Part shown: in pieces, positions 35,499 to 45,534 of the stretch
Layout: the number at the start of each line of letters is the position of its first letter
Numbering within the stretch: the stretch's first letter is position 1
DNA from: Gammaproteobacteria bacterium
GTDB taxonomy: Bacteria > Pseudomonadota > Gammaproteobacteria > Enterobacterales > Alteromonadaceae
Length of the DNA stretch: 62,595 nt
Assembly (NCBI GenBank): GCA_002401725.1
Contig: NVTW01000009.1
Location: forward strand, 32,258-94,852
Direction of reading: 5' to 3'
Notes under the pieces: model-generated
Database searches by the model: none
The model's input: only the letters and a program-made list of their open reading frames with translations
Told to the model about the DNA's origin: nothing
Program-made: the position numbers and the translations under genes

Positions 35499-35763
35499 AC
35501 CTAACGGTATTGCTTTGCGTCTTTGTTACGAACAGGGCGAAACTGCGCATAGTCGGGGCTTGCATCTTAACGATTGCGTGTACCGCAAAACCGATAAACG
35601 CCTTGCTTGGCAAAATGGTTTTCGTGCAGCTGCCCAACAAATACCTCGTTACGCGGGCAATGTTGAAAACCAACAGCGTGGCCAACACTGGCTTAAACAC
35701 ATTAAACAACAATTAAAAACTCATTCACATCATAAAAATGGAGATAACTCATGTCTGTGTTAG
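35485..35763 (+). CDS. Rmf/CrpP-fold small protein
   Basis: CYEQGETAHSRGLHLNDCVYRKTDKRLAWQNGFRAA resembles ribosome modulation factor (…GYQAGIAGRSKEMCPYQ…RSQWLGGWREA). Confidence 0.45.
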   Translation: MNSLKPNGIALRLCYEQGETAHSRGLHLNDCVYRKTDKRLAWQNGFRAAAQQIPRYAGNVENQQRGQHWLKHIKQQLKTHSHHKNGDNSCLC

Positions 35764-36293
35764 CTGTATATTCCATCGCCAAAACATTGGGCTTAACCGA
35801 CTGGTTAGCCGACAAATTAGCCGGCAGCGATTCAACTGCGGCAAAATTAGCCAGTAAAGTAATGCACTTTGCTGCCAGCAAAACGGGTGAAACCGATCCC
35901 GAAAAAATTCAAGCTAAGTTAGCGGCTGATCCAGCGTTAGCGGCGGCGCTTAAACAAACGCTTATTGATAATGCGCACCAGCTTGATTTAGCCCCTTATA
36001 AAGATCGTGCCAGCGCTCGAACCATGTATAGCGTACATAACGACCAAGCCGATAAAATTGCCGAGCGCATTATTAAATATAACCTTTTTTATGTACTGTT
36101 TTTAGTGCTAGTGCAATGTTTATTAATTCACTTTTTAAAAGACGAAGCGGCGGTACTTGCTGCCGCTAGTGCGACCATAGGTGCGGTAATTAAAGGTTTG
36201 CTAGACGAACGTAAAGATGTAACCGGTTTTTATTTTGGCTCAAGCATGGGCAGCAAACAAAAAGATGCTAATACCAAGCAAGGAGCAAATTAA
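35751..36293 (+). CDS. holin (GTA-type 3TM holin-like)
   Basis: Hydrophobic helices with a C-terminal FYFGSSMGSKQK motif. It sits adjacent to the endolysin. Confidence 0.55.
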   Translation: MSVLAVYSIAKTLGLTDWLADKLAGSDSTAAKLASKVMHFAASKTGETDPEKIQAKLAADPALAAALKQTLIDNAHQLDLAPYKDRASARTMYSVHNDQADKIAERIIKYNLFYVLFLVLVQCLLIHFLKDEAAVLAAASATIGAVIKGLLDERKDVTGFYFGSSMGSKQKDANTKQGAN

Positions 36294-36629
36294 ATGGATA
36301 TTAACGCAGTTTTAACGGGGCTTGCCATCGTAGTTACCTTGTTATTAGGTATGTTTGCCTTAGTTAAATGGGCCATTGTTGAAATTAATCGTGGTTTGCA
36401 AAATCAAATAATCGGCCGTTTAGAACTGGTAACCAAATCAATTGAAAAACTCGATTTAGAAGTAGAGCAGCTCAGGCGTGAGGTGATGAAAGATTACGTG
36501 CGTAAAGACGATTGGTTAATGAACCTGCAAGGGCTTGAACGTAAAACTGATGAATTACGGCGCGATACCACCAGCCAGCTTAGTGAGCTCAAAGACTTGA
36601 TCATCGAAAATTTTAGAAATAATTCATAG
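36294..36629 (+). CDS. N-terminally anchored coiled-coil protein (lysis accessory / spanin-like?)
   Basis: TM helix AVLTGLAIVVTLLLGMFALV followed by a charged coiled coil. Confidence 0.45.
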   Translation: MDINAVLTGLAIVVTLLLGMFALVKWAIVEINRGLQNQIIGRLELVTKSIEKLDLEVEQLRREVMKDYVRKDDWLMNLQGLERKTDELRRDTTSQLSELKDLIIENFRNNS

Positions 36630-36637
36630 GACATGTT

Positions 36638-36943
36638 ATGAGCTTACAAAAAATTCAAGCCGAGCGCGACAAAATCAAACGTTTACGGGTGTTGCAAACC
36701 CTCGATTTAGTTCGCCCAGAGGTGGCTAGTGCGCAATTAATTTTACGCTCGTTATCTGAAGATAAAGATTTAGCGCTAACGATCAGCGATATTCAACGGG
36801 CGTTAGATTATTTAGCCCAGCGCCAATTAATTAATTTAGTTGATGCGAAGTCATGGATGGCAAAAATATTGCCTGACGGTATCGATTATTTAGACGGCCA
36901 CGGCAATAACATTGCCGGTGTGGCGCGTCCTTCAGATTTTTAA
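36638..36943 (+). CDS. hypothetical phage protein
   Basis: 101-aa ORF upstream of the terminase genes. Confidence 0.45.
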   Translation: MSLQKIQAERDKIKRLRVLQTLDLVRPEVASAQLILRSLSEDKDLALTISDIQRALDYLAQRQLINLVDAKSWMAKILPDGIDYLDGHGNNIAGVARPSDF

Positions 36944-36954
36944 GGTTATTGACC

Positions 36955-37518
36955 ATGAGCCGTTCAAGTCTAGATCAAATACCCAGTGAAGCCAAAGCAT
37001 GGCTTGATCAAGAACTAAAAGATCGGGGTTTTGCGGGTTACGACGAATTAGAACAATTATTAAACCTAAAGCTAGCCGAGCACGGTTACGAGTTATCTAT
37101 ATCTCGTGCTGCATTAGGTCGCTACGGTAAAGCGAAAAAAGATGCGCAACAGCAATTATTACGCTCAATTGAAATGGCTAAATCGCTCAATGAAATATCT
37201 GAAGATGAAGCCGATGCCTTAGGTATGGCAAATACCGCGTTTGCCCAAAGCACTTTGCTCGATTTACAAATGAAAGCGCAAGAGCTTGCTGATCTTGATC
37301 CAAAAGAACTTAGCGCTAAAACTACTTTGATCACCAAGCTCATTCATTGTGCCGCCGATGTTGCTCGCGCGTCTACTAGTCAAAAAAAATGGGCGAACGA
37401 AGTAAATACCCGCATCCGTAAAGCGCAAGAAACCGCCGAAACCATCGGTAAAAAAGGGGGTTTATCGCAAGGTAATATCGAATTAATTCGCCAAGCTATC
37501 GGTAAAGCGAGACTGTAA
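36955..37518 (+). CDS. terminase small subunit-like protein (Mu gp27, DUF3486)
   Basis: MSRSSLDQIPSEAKAWLDQEL…SISRAALGRYGK matches the DUF3486 pattern. ATGA coupling to the large subunit. Confidence 0.72.
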   Translation: MSRSSLDQIPSEAKAWLDQELKDRGFAGYDELEQLLNLKLAEHGYELSISRAALGRYGKAKKDAQQQLLRSIEMAKSLNEISEDEADALGMANTAFAQSTLLDLQMKAQELADLDPKELSAKTTLITKLIHCAADVARASTSQKKWANEVNTRIRKAQETAETIGKKGGLSQGNIELIRQAIGKARL

Positions 37519-39101
37519 TGAATAAAACAATGAATCAAGCAATGAATCAAGTGGCGACTAAGCACAAAATATCGCCGGTAAGCGAAGCGGTAAGTGAATC
37601 GTTATTACTCGACTATCAAATCGACTGGACCGAAGATACCGCGCAAGTAAAACTGTGCCAAAAATCTCGTCGTGTGGGTCTTAGTTGGGGCGAAGCGGAA
37701 GACGCAACCCTTATTGCCGCCTCTGAAAAATCGGCCGGCGGTATGGACGTTTGGTACATTGGTTATAACCAAGACATGGCAAAAGAGTTTATTCGCGATG
37801 TGGCTAATTGGGCGCGCGCTATCAATATGGTGTGTGATGATCCTACTGAACAAATACTCATTGAAGAAAAAAAAGACATACTGACTTATGTTATTACCTT
37901 TGCCAGTGGTTTTCGGGTTACTGCATTAAGTTCACGCCCAGCCAATTTACGCGGTAAACAAGGGTTAGTCATTATTGACGAAGCCGCGTTTCATGATGAT
38001 TTACCGGGGCTAATAAAATCGGCAATGGCGCTACTTATTTGGGGCGGTAAAGTACGTATTATCAGCACCCACAATGGTGAAGACAATTATTTTAATCAGC
38101 TCATTAAAGAATGTTTAGCGGGTAAAAAGCCTTATTCGGTGCATACCATTACGTTTATGGACGCTATTCGCCAAGGGCTATACCAGCGTATTTGTAAAAT
38201 GCTTGGTCATCAATGGAGCCAACAAGCTGAAGATGAATGGGTACACGGTGTTTATGACTTTTACGGCGAAGATGCCGCTGAAGAATTAGACGTAATTCCC
38301 TCCTCGGGTAGTGGTGTTTATATTGGTCGATTTCTGGTTGAACGGTGTCAAAGCGATTTATGCGCAGTAGTCGCGCTTAAAAAAGAAGATAAATTTGTTA
38401 CCAACCCCAAACGCATCAAAATAATTAACACTTGGTGTAAAGATGTTTTAAAGCCTATTTTAGCTGATCTTGATCCACAAGCGCGTAGCGTATTCGGACA
38501 AGATTTTGGCCGTAGCGGTGATTTATCAACTATTGATGTTAAGCAAAAAGTAAGCAGCATTGCATGGCATACGCCGTTAATTGTTGAGCTGCGTAATATT
38601 CCGTTTGACTGCCAACAACATATTTTATTTTATATTATTGATCATCTACCGCATTTTTTTCACGGCAAATTAGACGCGCGTGGCAATGGTCAAGCGCATG
38701 CCGAAGCCGCGTTACAAAAATATGGTGAAGCGCGTATCGATTGTGTAATGTTTTCTCGCCCCTGGTACGCAGAACATTTTCCTAAATATAAAGCCGCGTT
38801 TGAAGGACAACATTTAACGGTACCCAACAGTGAAGATTTTTTAAGTGATCATCGCCGCGTGGTGCTCGACAAAGGTACACCACGCATGGATGACAAACAC
38901 GATAAAGGGATCGATGGGGGTCAACGCCATGGTGATACGGCGGTAAGTGGTGTACTTGCCTGGGCAGCGACTAATGAAGAGGGCGAACCCGGTGCAGGTA
39001 AAACTATTGACGAACAAGATCATCAAGACACCTATCGCCCTGGCAATATGAAAAATCGTCGTGGTGTCGTCAGTCTGTTTGGTCGTTTATTTGAACGATA
39101 A
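37518..39101 (+). CDS. terminase large subunit (Mu gp28-like)
   Basis: LLLDYQIDW…CQKSRRVGLSWGEA and VIIDEAAF (Walker B). Size and position fit. Confidence 0.85.
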   Translation: MNKTMNQAMNQVATKHKISPVSEAVSESLLLDYQIDWTEDTAQVKLCQKSRRVGLSWGEAEDATLIAASEKSAGGMDVWYIGYNQDMAKEFIRDVANWARAINMVCDDPTEQILIEEKKDILTYVITFASGFRVTALSSRPANLRGKQGLVIIDEAAFHDDLPGLIKSAMALLIWGGKVRIISTHNGEDNYFNQLIKECLAGKKPYSVHTITFMDAIRQGLYQRICKMLGHQWSQQAEDEWVHGVYDFYGEDAAEELDVIPSSGSGVYIGRFLVERCQSDLCAVVALKKEDKFVTNPKRIKIINTWCKDVLKPILADLDPQARSVFGQDFGRSGDLSTIDVKQKVSSIAWHTPLIVELRNIPFDCQQHILFYIIDHLPHFFHGKLDARGNGQAHAEAALQKYGEARIDCVMFSRPWYAEHFPKYKAAFEGQHLTVPNSEDFLSDHRRVVLDKGTPRMDDKHDKGIDGGQRHGDTAVSGVLAWAATNEEGEPGAGKTIDEQDHQDTYRPGNMKNRRGVVSLFGRLFER

Positions 39102-39239
39102 GCAGTGAAACGCTCAGCGCTATTTTAAGCGATGTTAAGTAGTTAAGTCGCATGGTTAGTTAAAAAAACAACAGAAACGCCTTGGTTTGTGTCAGCATGC
39201 TTGCCAAGCGTAATTACAGATTAATAAGTGGAGTTAATT

Positions 39240-40712
39240 ATGCCTTGGTACCAACCGTCAACGTGGGGAACTCATAATTCGTTACCTGCAGAAGATAAAA
39301 ATCAACAACTAAACGATCAAGCAACTCAAGTTACCGAAGCCTACGGTGAAACCGTTAATGTTGACGGTGACGAAAGCCAATGGCGAAAAATAACCGGCGA
39401 CAATGATCGTAACCTATCGCCATTTAAGCAAAAACGTATGCGCGAAATAGCGTATAAGCTGTGGGAAATGAATCTACTGGCTAATCGTTTAATTGAATTG
39501 CCGCTGGCTTATTTACTTGCCGAGGGGTTTAAAATTACTAACCCCAATGAAGAATATCAAAATACTATTAGCCGTTTTTTAAATGATCCTATTAATAAAT
39601 TTGACGTAAAGCTTGAAAAGAAAATGCGTGAAATGGCGCTCTTTGGTAACCAATACTGGCCGGCCTTTGTTAACGAACATAACGGCCATGTACGCTTAGG
39701 TTATCTCGACCCTGGGCAAGTTGAAAAAGTTATTTTTGATCCCGACAACCCAGAACAAGCGATAGGCGTTGTTACCAAACGCGATAAAAAGGGTAACTTT
39801 TTACGCTATCGGGTGATCATCAATGGCGGTGAAGAGGTATTTACCGAGCGTACCACAGGCATACGAGAACAGTTTAACGATGGCGAACTATTTTATTTTA
39901 ATATTAACGCGCTCAGTTATAAGGGCAACGGTAAATCAGACTTACTCGCTCAAGCCGATTTTTTAGATTTATACGATACGTTTTTATTCGGTGAAGCCGA
40001 ACGGGCTGATTTTTTAAGAGCGTTTATTTGGGATGTTACCGTAACCGGTGCCGATGAAGAGCAAATTAAAAAACGGGCGAAACAAATTAAACAACCGCCG
40101 CCAGGTTCGGTGCGGGTGCACAATGAAAACGAAACATGGAAAGCAGAAACACCAAGCCTTAACAGTGGCGACACTGACAATTTAGCGCGATTACTTCGCA
40201 ATCATTCACTGGGTGGGGCAACATTACCCGAACATTGGTATGGCGGTGGTGGTGATGTTAACCGCGCTACCGGTGAAAGCATGAGCGAGCCAACCGAAAA
40301 AATGCTCACTATGCGTCAAAATACCTGGAAAGTTATTTTAAAAGAACTGTCCATTTTTGCACTGCGTATGCGCATACTTAAACGCGAGGGTGGTAGCGAA
40401 CCTGACTTAAATGATGAAATTTATGACACTGAAGTGGTTTTTCCTGAGCTCAGTGCCAAAGACACCACTAAATATGCCTCGGCGTTGCAGCAAGTGGTGG
40501 TTGCTTGTCAGTTAGCGATCAACGGCGGTTTAATGACTGACGAAACGGCGTTGCAAATAATTTTATCAATCACCGGGCGGTTAGGGGTTGAGTTTGACGC
40601 CAAAACAGAGCTTGAAGCCGCCAAGAAAAAAATTGACGAACAAGCAAAAGCCGATCTATTTACCGAGCCGGTTGCAAAAGAATCCGCACCCAAGCAAGAG
40701 CAAGCTAAATGA
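39240..40712 (+). CDS. portal protein (Mu gp29, DUF935)
   Basis: ~490 aa between terminase and MuF. ATG 39240 is preferred over the earlier alternative start. Confidence 0.82.
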   Translation: MPWYQPSTWGTHNSLPAEDKNQQLNDQATQVTEAYGETVNVDGDESQWRKITGDNDRNLSPFKQKRMREIAYKLWEMNLLANRLIELPLAYLLAEGFKITNPNEEYQNTISRFLNDPINKFDVKLEKKMREMALFGNQYWPAFVNEHNGHVRLGYLDPGQVEKVIFDPDNPEQAIGVVTKRDKKGNFLRYRVIINGGEEVFTERTTGIREQFNDGELFYFNINALSYKGNGKSDLLAQADFLDLYDTFLFGEAERADFLRAFIWDVTVTGADEEQIKKRAKQIKQPPPGSVRVHNENETWKAETPSLNSGDTDNLARLLRNHSLGGATLPEHWYGGGGDVNRATGESMSEPTEKMLTMRQNTWKVILKELSIFALRMRILKREGGSEPDLNDEIYDTEVVFPELSAKDTTKYASALQQVVVACQLAINGGLMTDETALQIILSITGRLGVEFDAKTELEAAKKKIDEQAKADLFTEPVAKESAPKQEQAK

Positions 40713-41533
40713 CCAATAGCGAGCGCCGTCGCGCGTTTAACAAAGCCATTAAACAAGCGCTGGCCGACAAAAGTGGTTTACTCACGCTAAGCGAACGGCG
40801 AATATTAGAGCTGCTTACCTTGGCTATTAGTCAAATTACTGATGTGTTAGGCAACCAACCAAGTGACTATCAACAATGGTTTTTACCGCAAATTGAACAA
40901 CAAATTTATCCGTTACTGAATAATTTTTCGTTAAATGCTTCTGCCATATTTAAAGAAGTAACCAATAACGCGGCACTGGCAGGTATTGCGATGTTCGACA
41001 CGCCACTGATTGCCAGTGGTGTACAAATGCTTGGTATTACCCCGTTAATTATTCCTGAGCAAGTTGCTGCTATTGCCACCTTTGGCGGCTCGCGTATTAG
41101 TGATATTAGCCAAAAAGCTAAATTGCTGATCAATTCTGAACTGGGGTTAACCCTTATCGGCACGCAAACTAGCCATCAAGCCATACAAAATATTGGCGGG
41201 TATTTAAAAAGCTCGCCTATTCATCGTATTAAAACTATTGTTAAAACCGAACTTAGTCGTGCTTATGCCAGTGCATCGGCACAACGGTTTTCTCAATTAG
41301 CAACGCTGTTTCCAGATCTGCAAAAACAATGGCACAAATCAGGCAAGTTTCATGCACGCGAAAGTCATGTTGCTGCCGACAAGCAAATTGTGGCTCAACA
41401 TAAAAACTTTACTATTGGTGGGGTAAAAATGCGTTATCCACATGATCCTAAAGCACCGGCTAACGAAGTGATCAACTGCGGCTGCACCATGACACCCTAT
41501 TTAAAAAGCTGGCAAAACCTACCGACAAACTAG
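40709..41533 (+). CDS. Mu F-like head morphogenesis protein
   Basis: Position after the portal with a 4-nt overlap. C-terminal NCGCTM motif as in the Phage_Mu_F family. Confidence 0.78.
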   Translation: MTNSERRRAFNKAIKQALADKSGLLTLSERRILELLTLAISQITDVLGNQPSDYQQWFLPQIEQQIYPLLNNFSLNASAIFKEVTNNAALAGIAMFDTPLIASGVQMLGITPLIIPEQVAAIATFGGSRISDISQKAKLLINSELGLTLIGTQTSHQAIQNIGGYLKSSPIHRIKTIVKTELSRAYASASAQRFSQLATLFPDLQKQWHKSGKFHARESHVAADKQIVAQHKNFTIGGVKMRYPHDPKAPANEVINCGCTMTPYLKSWQNLPTN

Positions 41534-41651
41534 TCGTAAGCCATTAGATTTTACTAATCTAGGTTATTATATTCTCATGCAATAAGCCGTTATCTTTTTG
41601 GTACTGAAAAATTATTTTACTTAATTATTTCAATTACCGGAGAGATAAACC

Positions 41652-41915
41652 ATGTCAAAACAATTAACCGATGAGATTGTTGCTAAGCTAGTTAAGCGTT
41701 CAGTCACTGTGCCGCAAATAGACAGTAAAACTAAACAACAAAAACGCCATCCAAAAACCAAAGCGCCGTTATTTACTACCAAAGTTGTTGCTTGTTCAAT
41801 GGAAGATATTCATCACTTTAACGTGGTTGATAATACCCTAAACGTAGTGACTACCGATGGTCAAAAACTATCGGCAGTCGTACCGAAAGAATTTTTGGTT
41901 GCTGAAGGCGAATAA
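41652..41915 (+). CDS. hypothetical 87-aa protein with its own upstream spacer
   Basis: ORF preceded by a 118-nt non-coding spacer, with GGAGAG 7 nt before the ATG. Confidence 0.5.
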   Translation: MSKQLTDEIVAKLVKRSVTVPQIDSKTKQQKRHPKTKAPLFTTKVVACSMEDIHHFNVVDNTLNVVTTDGQKLSAVVPKEFLVAEGE

Positions 41916-41917
41916 TC

Positions 41918-44275
41918 ATGAAGCCGAAATTATTGCCCATAACCCTTGGCTATCGCGGCACTATTGCCGTGCTTGAAGCTGCGGCTACTGAGTACGAAAC
42001 CATTATTAACATGGTGCGCAAAGCGTTGGCGGGTCATCTTTATCCTACCGAAAAACATCCTTGGGTATCGCTCGAAGCCATTTATGCCAATGAAGCGGTA
42101 ATTCGCCATCAAGGTAAGTTGTTTTCGTTTGCTTACAGCTTAAATGACAACAACCAAGTGCAACTGGGTCAAGCCAAAGAAGTGGTTAAAAGTTATCAAC
42201 CGGTGCAAGCCACCAATGTAACTGAAGCGGTTGCCGAAGGTACCTTAATGGATGTTATTGAAGCGGATGCAACCACCACTAAAGGCACCCGTTGGTTAGT
42301 GCGCGTAATTGAAGCGGGTATCAGTAAAAATGGCAATAATTACCCCGCTAGCGTACTTAAAACAGCAACCCCCATGTTCAACGGGGTGTGTGTCTATGAA
42401 AAATCAGACGCAGAGCACTTAGCTAAAAAAGGAAAATCATTTAAAAATCTCATTGGCGGTTTACAAAACGCGCAATTTGTTGAAGCGACCAAAACCGAAC
42501 CCGCTTTTATTCAAGCAGAGCTTAATGTGCTTGAAGCGGCAGGCAATACCGCTAAAAAAATGTTGGAACTTTACCAACGCAACATGGCTGACTTATTTGG
42601 TTTTTCTATTGATGCGTTTGTTAAACCAAAACGCACCATAATTGCCGGTAAACGGGTAGTAGAAGCCACAAAATTCACCAAAATTAATTCACTTGATCTT
42701 ATTATCGAACCCGGTGCAGGTGGCTCGGTAATTAATGTTTTAGAAGCAACAGAGGATAAAACCATGCTTAAACAATTACTCGAAGCCCTAGCCGCAAAAC
42801 GTCAAGATTTACTTGATAAAATTGATCCTGAAAACGAAACCCAAGTATTAGAAGCTTACAACACTATGATCGCAGCAGAGTCTGCAGGTGATGATGGCAG
42901 TGGTGCTACGTCGGGCGAAAATACCGATGCGGGTGGTCAACAACAAGTGGCCGAAGCTAACGGCAATACTGATCCGTTAAATACCGGCAATACTAATGCC
43001 AATAATGTTGATATGGCCGCAGTAGTGCGTACCTTAGAAGCACGACAAAGCGCACGTACGTTAATTGTTGCTAGTGGTTTACCGCAAGTGTCACAAACGC
43101 GTTTAATTGCCAGCATTGACGGCGATTTAAATGTGACTGAAGCCAATGCCAAAGAATTAATTACGTCTGAAAAAGACTACTTGGCCAGTATCACCCGTAG
43201 CGGTCAAGTTAATATGGGTAATGTCGGCAGTGTTAACAATGGCGCTAGCGATGGCAGTACGCAAATGCTTGAAGCCTTGTTTAATCCTGAAGACCGTACC
43301 GTAATGAGTATTCGAGAATGTTATTTAGCCTGTACCGGTGACACTAATTTTACCGGTCAGTTAACTCGTAATGTGCAAGCACGAATGACAGAAGCACTGG
43401 ATACTACGTCGCTGAGTAATGCCATGGGTCAAGCCATGCATAAACGCATGATGGACTTGTACAAACAGAGCTCTATTTACGATGCTTGGCGTTTATTGGT
43501 TGATGTTGTTTCGGTTAATGACTTTAGAAATCAAGAGCGTATATCAATTGGTGGTTACGGTGATTTGGTGGCGGTGGCTGAAAAAGGCGCTTACCCTGCG
43601 ATGACTTCACCCACGGATGCTAAAGAATCGTACGCGGTAAGTAAACGCGGTGGCACAGAAACGATCACTTTAGAAATGATCGCGAATGATGACATGGGGG
43701 TTATTCAGCGCATCCCGATGAAAATGGTCCGTGCCGCAAAACGTACTTTAGCCAAATTTGTATTTAACATGTTTGTGACCAATCCATTGATGGCCGACGG
43801 TAGCAATGTTTTTCATGCGACTCGCAGTAACTTAGGTACAGCGGCTTTAAATGCAGCCGGTATTGCGGCAGTACGGTTACACTTTTTAAAACAGCAAGAA
43901 CCGGGCAGTGGTGAAGAGCTTGGTTTAATTTTGAAAAACTTACTGGTGCCAGCCGACTTAGAGCAAGCAGCATATGACTTGTTTAAACGCGACACTAACA
44001 ACGATGAAACCTTTATTCAAACGCTAAAACCTAACATTATTCCTATTCCTGGTTGGGTAGATGCTAACGATTGGGTAGCCACGGTTGATAAAAATGACCA
44101 ACCGATGATCGAGTTAGGCTTTTTCAGAGGACGTGAAGAACCCGAGTTGTTTGTACAAGACGCGGAAACGCACGGCAGTATGTTCGCTAATGACCAAATT
44201 ACTTACAAACTTCGCCATATTTACGGTGGTGCATTCTTGAGCTCGTTAGGTGTGTACAAAAACGTCGTTATTTAA
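41918..44275 (+). CDS. fused scaffold/protease-like domain + HK97-fold major capsid protein
   Basis: 785 aa. N-terminal RWLVRVIEAGISKNGNNYPASVL… module, Ala/Gly/Asn-rich linker, capsid-like C-terminal half. A strong terminator follows. Confidence 0.6.
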   Translation: MKPKLLPITLGYRGTIAVLEAAATEYETIINMVRKALAGHLYPTEKHPWVSLEAIYANEAVIRHQGKLFSFAYSLNDNNQVQLGQAKEVVKSYQPVQATNVTEAVAEGTLMDVIEADATTTKGTRWLVRVIEAGISKNGNNYPASVLKTATPMFNGVCVYEKSDAEHLAKKGKSFKNLIGGLQNAQFVEATKTEPAFIQAELNVLEAAGNTAKKMLELYQRNMADLFGFSIDAFVKPKRTIIAGKRVVEATKFTKINSLDLIIEPGAGGSVINVLEATEDKTMLKQLLEALAAKRQDLLDKIDPENETQVLEAYNTMIAAESAGDDGSGATSGENTDAGGQQQVAEANGNTDPLNTGNTNANNVDMAAVVRTLEARQSARTLIVASGLPQVSQTRLIASIDGDLNVTEANAKELITSEKDYLASITRSGQVNMGNVGSVNNGASDGSTQMLEALFNPEDRTVMSIRECYLACTGDTNFTGQLTRNVQARMTEALDTTSLSNAMGQAMHKRMMDLYKQSSIYDAWRLLVDVVSVNDFRNQERISIGGYGDLVAVAEKGAYPAMTSPTDAKESYAVSKRGGTETITLEMIANDDMGVIQRIPMKMVRAAKRTLAKFVFNMFVTNPLMADGSNVFHATRSNLGTAALNAAGIAAVRLHFLKQQEPGSGEELGLILKNLLVPADLEQAAYDLFKRDTNNDETFIQTLKPNIIPIPGWVDANDWVATVDKNDQPMIELGFFRGREEPELFVQDAETHGSMFANDQITYKLRHIYGGAFLSSLGVYKNVVI

Positions 44276-44319
44276 TCATTCCTTGGTGGCCTATGGATGG
44301 AACTTTAGAAATGGAATTC

Positions 44320-44348
44320 TGAGGCAAGGAAGCCTCACTTTTTTTATT
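44320..44348 (+). terminator. rho-independent terminator after the capsid gene
   Basis: TGAGGC-aaggaa-GCCTCA followed by a T8 tract. Confidence 0.65.
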
Positions 44349-44374
44349 CATTTTTATTGACTGGAATAATTACC

Positions 44375-45037
44375 ATGATCCGTGCAGCGTTTGACATTTT
44401 ATTACTTAGCTTAGTGCGTGATGAAGACGCCAGATTATCAAATGATGATATTAACGGTGCTGTAAACAATGCCTTGTATCGTTTAAATCAAGACCAGCCC
44501 AAGCAAACCGTGGTTGATGTGAGTGCCAATAATGAAAATATTATTAGCGTGCCGATTGGCTTTGAACAAAATTTTAGTCAAGTGCTTAGCGTTGAATATC
44601 CCATTAACGCCCGTCCACGGAGTTATCTTAATGATGTTTATATTTACCAAGAACCTACTGGGCAAGTACTTGATTTACCCGAAGCTATTACCGGTAGTTT
44701 GCGCATTACTTTTACTGTTCGTCATCATATTGATACCACTAGCAGTAGCTTTACCTTTGAACAACAAGAGCCGCTGGCTTGCTATGCCGCCAGTATTTTA
44801 TGCGGTCAATTAGCGACACTTTACAGCCATGATACCAGCAGTGTTATTCAGGGCGACAGTGTTGATCATGCCAGCAAAGCAGATTTATTTCGTCGCCGAG
44901 CGCGCGAATTAGATAAACGTTACCAAGATTATATTGGCATTGATAAACCGAAAGGATCAGCCAGTGGCGTAGTAGTGAGTGTTAGTAACAACAAAAGCTA
45001 CTTAACCCATAAATCTCGTCAACGAGCAATGCGCTAA
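44375..45037 (+). CDS. head-completion/connector region protein (unknown family)
   Basis: ORF in the head-tail joining block. ATG 44375. Confidence 0.45.
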   Translation: MIRAAFDILLLSLVRDEDARLSNDDINGAVNNALYRLNQDQPKQTVVDVSANNENIISVPIGFEQNFSQVLSVEYPINARPRSYLNDVYIYQEPTGQVLDLPEAITGSLRITFTVRHHIDTTSSSFTFEQQEPLACYAASILCGQLATLYSHDTSSVIQGDSVDHASKADLFRRRARELDKRYQDYIGIDKPKGSASGVVVSVSNNKSYLTHKSRQRAMR

Positions 45038-45534
45038 TGAATGTGCAAGTGATCAATATTGAGCTTGAGCAATTAGCCGATATTTGGGCAAAAACGCCGC
45101 AGATGGTGATGCAAGAGCTAACTAAAACGCTACTCGGTACCAGCGCGATGGTGCAAAGCAATATTATGAATAAGTTGCCGCGTGGCGCGACTAGCCATTT
45201 AGCCCAAAGCGTTGCCACTGTGGGACCTATGGTAAGTAATAACAGTGCGCAAACACTGATCGGCAGTTCGTTAATTTATGCGGCACCGGTAGAATTAGGC
45301 ACTAAACCGCACATGCCGCCCATTGCGCCGTTAGTCGATTGGGTAACGGCTGTGCTGGGTATTGAAGAGCCGCAAGCCAAAACGGTGGCCTTTAAAATAG
45401 CCCGTAAAATCAGTAAAAAAGGCACTAAAGGCAACTTTGCTTATCGTGATGCGTTTGAGCAATCGCAAACCTTAGTGAGATCACAATTTAAACAGCTCAT
45501 TTTAACTATTCGTAAAAAGCTAGGTAAAGGTTAA
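45037..45534 (+). CDS. HK97 gp10-like head-tail adaptor
   Basis: IGSSLIYAAPVELGTKPH is similar to the gp10-family …Y A..VE.GT motif. Confidence 0.55.
   Translation: MNVQVINIELEQLADIWAKTPQMVMQELTKTLLGTSAMVQSNIMNKLPRGATSHLAQSVATVGPMVSNNSAQTLIGSSLIYAAPVELGTKPHMPPIAPLVDWVTAVLGIEEPQAKTVAFKIARKISKKGTKGNFAYRDAFEQSQTLVRSQFKQLILTIRKKLGKG

Noticed and set aside
35479-35716. ORFs 35479-35712 (-) and 35510-35716 (+) overlapping the Rmf-like ORF
   Set aside because: They are alternative frames of the same ~250 nt. Only the frame with the Rmf/CrpP-like motif and sensible coupling to its neighbours was kept, and even that call carries moderate confidence.
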